From a bacterium (GTDB lineage: Bacteria; Armatimonadota; Chthonomonadetes; Chthonomonadales; CAJBBX01), in contig VFKD01000084.1 of assembly GCA_009885735.1 (NCBI GenBank), positions 1-41,802 on the forward strand: a stretch of 41,802 bases of DNA, read 5' to 3'. The notes beneath the pieces were generated by a model, which worked only from the letters and a program-made list of their open reading frames with translations, was not told the DNA's origin and ran no database searches. Position 1 is the stretch's first letter. Each line of letters starts with the position of its first letter. The position numbers and the translations under genes are program-made. Shown one piece after another: positions 37,645 to 41,802 of the stretch.

Positions 37645-37987
37645 TGTCACCCTGAGCCCTCGACGATACGGTCCTGCGTTCCTGTTAACCCCGTTTAGGG
37701 GTGCAACGGGGCAGGGTCATGCAGAAATGACGAGCCACGGTGAGGTCCTTCGACCCTTCGACTGCGGCACGGAAAGGCTGTGCCGCGCTCAGGATGAGCG
37801 GATCATGCGTCAGGCTGACAAACGATGGAGCTTTGATGCGGTCCTTCGACCCTTCGACTGCGCCACGATACGGCTGTGGCGCGCTCAGGGTGAGCGGGTT
37901 GGGGCTCAGGATCAGCGGAAAAGACGGGCTCAGGATGAGCGGATTTGCCGCGCTCAGGATGCTCGGGTTGGCAGGCTCAGGGTGAGA
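37645..37987. repeat. Cluster of REP-like repeats (CCTTCGACTGCG...GCTCAGGRTGAGCGG)
   Basis: Two long units at 37744 and 37840; GCTCAGG at 37787, 37883, 37904, 37928, 37952 and 37975; inverted TGTCACCCTGAGC at 37645. Confidence 0.85.
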
Positions 37988-38023
37988 GCATGTGGCCACG
38001 GAACGGCTGCGGCCGCAGCTGCG

Positions 38024-38725
38024 TCAACGCCCCATCATCTGCTGGATCAGCCCAAAAACCTCCGGCCTCTTGTCGTCCCAGAGCCACTGTATATCAATGG
38101 TGAAGTCTGGAACCACTTCACTTGAGAGCGCGCCGGTCGATATCACCTGCTCCTCATAGCCCTCGTCGCGTCTGCTCAATACGCGGACGTGCCTGTTCTT
38201 CGGGTCGATAAACCATATCTCGTGAACACCGAGGGTTCGATACTCCGCCTCAAGGGCGGTGAGATCGGACGGACGATCTCCTGGCGAGCGTATCTCAACC
38301 ACGAGGTCGGGCTCAGCGTAGATTCCCCGCTGCCTCATAATATCGTCTCGTCCAGCACGTACGAACACAATGTCCGGAAGCCGACCGCCAAACTCGGTGA
38401 TTCTGACCGCGGTACGGGAGCCAAGCACCTCGCCAAGACCGCGTTCGCCCACAAACACATTGAGCAAGGTCAACAACCACACACACAGCCGTTCATGTTC
38501 AAGTTGAGCTGCCATCATCTCCACCATTGATCCGTTGACGAGTTCATAAAGCTCCCTTCCGCCGCGATCCACCCACTGCTCGAACGTAATGGGGCGGTCG
38601 GAGACAAGCATGCGTCGCTCCTCGATCGAGAGGGTTGCGGTCAACTTCGGTTGGGAAGCACGGCTTCGGCCTGCGCGTGAGGGCGTTGGGCCGCCGGCTC
38701 TTCCTTCGATTGTCGTCTGACTCAT
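38024..38725 (-). CDS. Uma2/DUF820 family PD-(D/E)XK endonuclease
   Basis: [24 protein letters not shown] and Y..LGV.EIWFIDP motifs; GAGGAG RBS. Confidence 0.92.
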   Translation of the reverse strand: MSQTTIEGRAGGPTPSRAGRSRASQPKLTATLSIEERRMLVSDRPITFEQWVDRGGRELYELVNGSMVEMMAAQLEHERLCVWLLTLLNVFVGERGLGEVLGSRTAVRITEFGGRLPDIVFVRAGRDDIMRQRGIYAEPDLVVEIRSPGDRPSDLTALEAEYRTLGVHEIWFIDPKNRHVRVLSRRDEGYEEQVISTGALSSEVVPDFTIDIQWLWDDKRPEVFGLIQQMMGR

Positions 38726-38927
38726 TGCGGTGGCTCCTCGCACTCAACTTCGCGGGTCACTTGAGCACAATCTATGGTTCTATTATGCCGCATGTCGCAC
38801 ACAGCGAGCGACCTCCAACGCGGCAATATTGGATGTAGTCTGGCTTGCCCGCAGGAATGAGCGAGGTTTCGGCGAAGTTCATCTGGTGCGTTCACGTTTG
38901 CACACCCCGAAGGAGCCTGCCCGCCCC

Positions 38928-40106
38928 ATGAAGATCGTCGGAATCGAAACGCACGTCTGCAACGCCCGCATGCGCAACTGGATCTTTGTGAAGGTCGTCA
39001 CGGATCAGCCCGGCCTCCACGGCTGGGGAGAGGCCACGCTGGAGTGGCACACTCGGTCCGTCATCGGCGCGATAGAAGACCTCTCGTCCCTGCTGATTGG
39101 CGAGGACCCTACCCGTATCGAGCATCTCTGGCAGATGATGTATCGTCAGCACTTCTGGCACGGCAACGGCATTGTTCGCGGCACAGCAATCAGCGGCATC
39201 GACCTTGCGCTGTGGGACATCCTCGGAAAGGTTCACGGCGTACCGTGCCACAAGCTGTGGGGCGGACCTGTTCGCGACTATGTGCGGCTCTATTCCCACC
39301 TGGGCGGCGGCAAGATGGAGGAGTTCTACGAGACCTCTCCAGCAGACGCGAGCCGATTCGCCGACCTCGCCTTGGCTTCGGTGGCGGATGGGTTCACTGC
39401 ATTCAAGACGATGGCGGTGCCGGAGACAGGTCCCCTTGAAGGGCTCAAGCCTATCCGGTACGCAGAGAAGTGCGTTGCGGCGATGCGCGAGGCGGTGGGA
39501 GACGAGATCGACATCATGGTGGACTGCCACGCGCGTCCATCGCCCAGAATGGGCATGCTCTTTGCCAAGGCGCTCGAGCCCTACGGACTCTACTGGTTCG
39601 AGGAGCCCTGCTGGCCGGAGGCCGTGGACGACATTGCGGCCATCCAGCGCGCGGTGGGCACCCCGATTGCCACGGGAGAGCGACTGGTCTCGCAGCATCA
39701 GGTTCGCGAATACCTCGAGAAGCGGGCCTGCAGCGTGATTCAGACCGACATCACGCACGTGGGAGGACTGAGCGAGGCTCGACGAGTGGCGGCCATGTGC
39801 GAGGCCTATCGTGTGGCCATGGCGCCGCACAATCCGCAAGGGCCGGTGAGCACTGCGGCCAGCCTGGAGTTCGGATTTGCCACGCCTTGCTACATCATCT
39901 GCGAATCGGTCCACCTCGACGTGCCCTGGCGACAGGATGTCTGCACTGAATGTTTCGAGGTTGAGAACAAGGGCAGGCTCGTCCGGCCGGGCACTCGGCC
40001 GGGCCTGGGAATCGAGATCAACGAGGCGGAGGTCGCGAAGCATCCGTTTGAGCAGGAGCTGCCGCAGAGATCGTTCTATGCAGACGGCAGCGTGGGGGAC
40101 TGGTAG
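38928..40106 (+). CDS. dgoD: Galactonate dehydratase-like enzyme (mandelate racemase subgroup, enolase superfamily)
   Basis: [44 protein letters not shown] motifs; exact substrate not certain. Confidence 0.8.
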   Translation: MKIVGIETHVCNARMRNWIFVKVVTDQPGLHGWGEATLEWHTRSVIGAIEDLSSLLIGEDPTRIEHLWQMMYRQHFWHGNGIVRGTAISGIDLALWDILGKVHGVPCHKLWGGPVRDYVRLYSHLGGGKMEEFYETSPADASRFADLALASVADGFTAFKTMAVPETGPLEGLKPIRYAEKCVAAMREAVGDEIDIMVDCHARPSPRMGMLFAKALEPYGLYWFEEPCWPEAVDDIAAIQRAVGTPIATGERLVSQHQVREYLEKRACSVIQTDITHVGGLSEARRVAAMCEAYRVAMAPHNPQGPVSTAASLEFGFATPCYIICESVHLDVPWRQDVCTECFEVENKGRLVRPGTRPGLGIEINEAEVAKHPFEQELPQRSFYADGSVGDW

Positions 40107-40108
40107 GC

Positions 40109-40894
40109 ATGGGCGAACTAACCGGCAGAGTGGCGGCGATTTCGGGCGGATTGGGCGACATTGGGCGTGCAGTCGCGCTCGAGCTGGCTGGTCGCGGCGC
40201 AAGCATCTCGGTGTGCGACCTGCTGCCCGTGGGCGCGTCCTCCGGCCTGGGCACCGCCGTGCGGGCGCTGGGAGTGCCGTTTCACTATGCCCAGACCGAT
40301 GTGTCCGACCATGCGGACGTCTCGAGTTGGCTCGCGGATGCTTCCAGCGCGCTCGGCACGCCAGACCTGATTATCCCAAATGCGGCAGTGGTGACCATCA
40401 CTCGGCTGATGAACCTCACGGCAAACCAGTGGCGACGAGAGCTGCAAATCAACTTGGACGGCGCGTTTCACCTTTCGCACGAAGGCGCTCGCAGGCTCAT
40501 TGCCGAGGGCAAGCCGGGGTGGATGGTCTTCGTGGGAAGCTGGGTCGCTCACGCGCCAAGGCCGCACATCCCGGCCTACTGCGTGAGCAAGGCGGGCCTG
40601 AGGATGCTGATGAAACTGATGGCGCTGGAGCTTGCTCCGCACAAGATCATGGTGAACGAAGTGGCTCCCGGCAACGTGGACGGTGGCCTCAGCGCCAAGG
40701 TCTTCGCCGAGAGGCCGGAGCTTCGGGAAGGACACATTCAGATGGTTCCGATTAAGAGGCTGCAGGAGCCGGCAGAGATTGCACTGCAAGTGGCTCACCT
40801 CTGCAGCCCCACCAATACTCAAATGACCGGCAGTACACTCCTGGTGGACGGCGGCCTGAGCCTCCTCACCGATGCGCCGCACGACGATGTCTAG
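40109..40894 (+). CDS. Short-chain dehydrogenase/reductase
   Basis: SGGLGDIG, NAA, YCVSK, VNEVAPG, TGSTLLVDGG. Confidence 0.93.
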   Translation: MGELTGRVAAISGGLGDIGRAVALELAGRGASISVCDLLPVGASSGLGTAVRALGVPFHYAQTDVSDHADVSSWLADASSALGTPDLIIPNAAVVTITRLMNLTANQWRRELQINLDGAFHLSHEGARRLIAEGKPGWMVFVGSWVAHAPRPHIPAYCVSKAGLRMLMKLMALELAPHKIMVNEVAPGNVDGGLSAKVFAERPELREGHIQMVPIKRLQEPAEIALQVAHLCSPTNTQMTGSTLLVDGGLSLLTDAPHDDV

Positions 40895-41802
40895 CGCGCC
40901 AACGGTCGTGAACGCCTCGACGTTTCGCGGACTGGCAGGAGCGGCAAGCGCGGACATCACTCCGCCTGCGGGCATTTTTGCGCGCAACTGGGGAGCGGCG
41001 CTGCACGACGCCGCGGAGGGAATTCACCGACCACTGTACGCGCGGGCTCTCGCGCTCCTGGCGAATGACGAGAGACAACTACCGCTCGTTCTCGTCGCCT
41101 ACGACTTGGCATGGTGGCGAACCGTTGAGGACGAGTGGGCGCTCCGATCTGCCGTGCTGACAGCGCTTGACCTGCCCGAGGAGAGACTCATCCTGTCGCC
41201 CTCGCACACGCATTCCGGTCCGTGCGTGTGCCGCGAGGATGCGGACAAGCCCGGAGGCGAGTTCATCGGACCGTACCTCGACCTCATGGCTGAGCGGGTC
41301 ATCTCGGCCTGTTGTGAGGCAATTGATGAGATGCAGCCGGCCACGCTGGACTGGCGATACGGAGTGTGCGACGTTGCGCGAAACAGGGACATGCAGGACC
41401 CTGCCGCGGACCGAATGCTGTGCGGGTTTAACCCCGAGAGTCCCGCCGACAACACGCTGCTGGTTGGTCGTGTCACTTCGGTCGGGAGCGGCACGGCGAT
41501 TGCCACGATAGTGACCTACGCCTGTCATCCAGTCACTCTAGCATGGGACAACAAGCTTATCTCGCCGGACTTTATCGGAGAGCTTTGCAGCACGGTGTCG
41601 GAGCAAACCGGCGGCGCACCCTGCCTGTTCCTGCAGGGAGCGTCGGGTGAGCTGGCCCCGTCTGAGGTCTACACGGCAGACACCGCCGTGGCTGATCGCC
41701 ACGGACGAGCCATTGGGTTTGCCGCGCTCAGCACTTTGGCGGCAATGTCGCCTCCTGGGCAGAGTCTTCAGTACCAAGGTCCGGTCGAGTCCGGCGCGCC
41801 CC
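40887..41802 (+). CDS. Neutral/alkaline ceramidase N-terminal-like metallohydrolase (partial, runs off the right edge)
   Basis: Translated by hand from ATG 40887: DITPP, GIHRPLYARAL, SHTHSGP, YACHP, SPDFIG, FLQGASGE; overlaps the SDR stop. Confidence 0.8.
   Translation, partial: MSSAPTVVNASTFRGLAGAASADITPPAGIFARNWGAALHDAAEGIHRPLYARALALLANDERQLPLVLVAYDLAWWRTVEDEWALRSAVLTALDLPEERLILSPSHTHSGPCVCREDADKPGGEFIGPYLDLMAERVISACCEAIDEMQPATLDWRYGVCDVARNRDMQDPAADRMLCGFNPESPADNTLLVGRVTSVGSGTAIATIVTYACHPVTLAWDNKLISPDFIGELCSTVSEQTGGAPCLFLQGASGELAPSEVYTADTAVADRHGRAIGFAALSTLAAMSPPGQSLQYQGPVESGAP

Noticed and set aside
37883-37987. Regularly spaced GCTCAGG units as a possible CRISPR array
   Set aside because: Repeats are too short and degenerate, spacers are about 10 bp, and there are no cas genes.
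37685-38125. Small repetitive ORFs (PLILS repeats) over the repeat cluster
   Set aside because: Translations of the REP-like DNA repeats on both strands, with no evidence of coding.

Overview
A 41.8-kb GC-rich bacterial chromosomal window. The gene families are compatible with Armatimonadota or a PVC-like lineage, but this cannot be established from the sequence alone. It encodes a frameshifted Cys-rich HYR-like secreted protein (runs off the left edge), a DUF1573 protein with a metallophosphoesterase-tetraheme cytochrome fusion, an NYN nuclease, sugar-utilisation genes (GH151-like fucosidase, TIM-barrel epimerase), an S8 protease, a secreted cupin, an AfsR/SARP-type STAND regulator, a SNF2+SWIM pair, two identical initiator tRNA-Met genes, a TPR/CRTAC1 cluster, sahR-ahcY, two toxin-antitoxin pairs, a Uma2 nuclease and a dgoD/SDR catabolic operon. 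The most notable signals are non-coding. (1) An identical 19-bp SARP-type direct repeat lies 8 bp upstream of a -10 box before both the regulator and the cupin. (2) An integrase-less ~8.9-kb island at tRNA-fMet has ends that rebuild a 53-bp imperfect-palindromic attP. (3) Cargo genes sit behind housekeeping genes and are followed by orphaned, mostly synonymously diverged copies of the host gene 3' end (epimerase once, ahcY twice), which suggests serial integrase-free gene capture. (4) A REP-like repeat family carries variable nested hairpins. All calls are from visual motif recognition; no searches were run.
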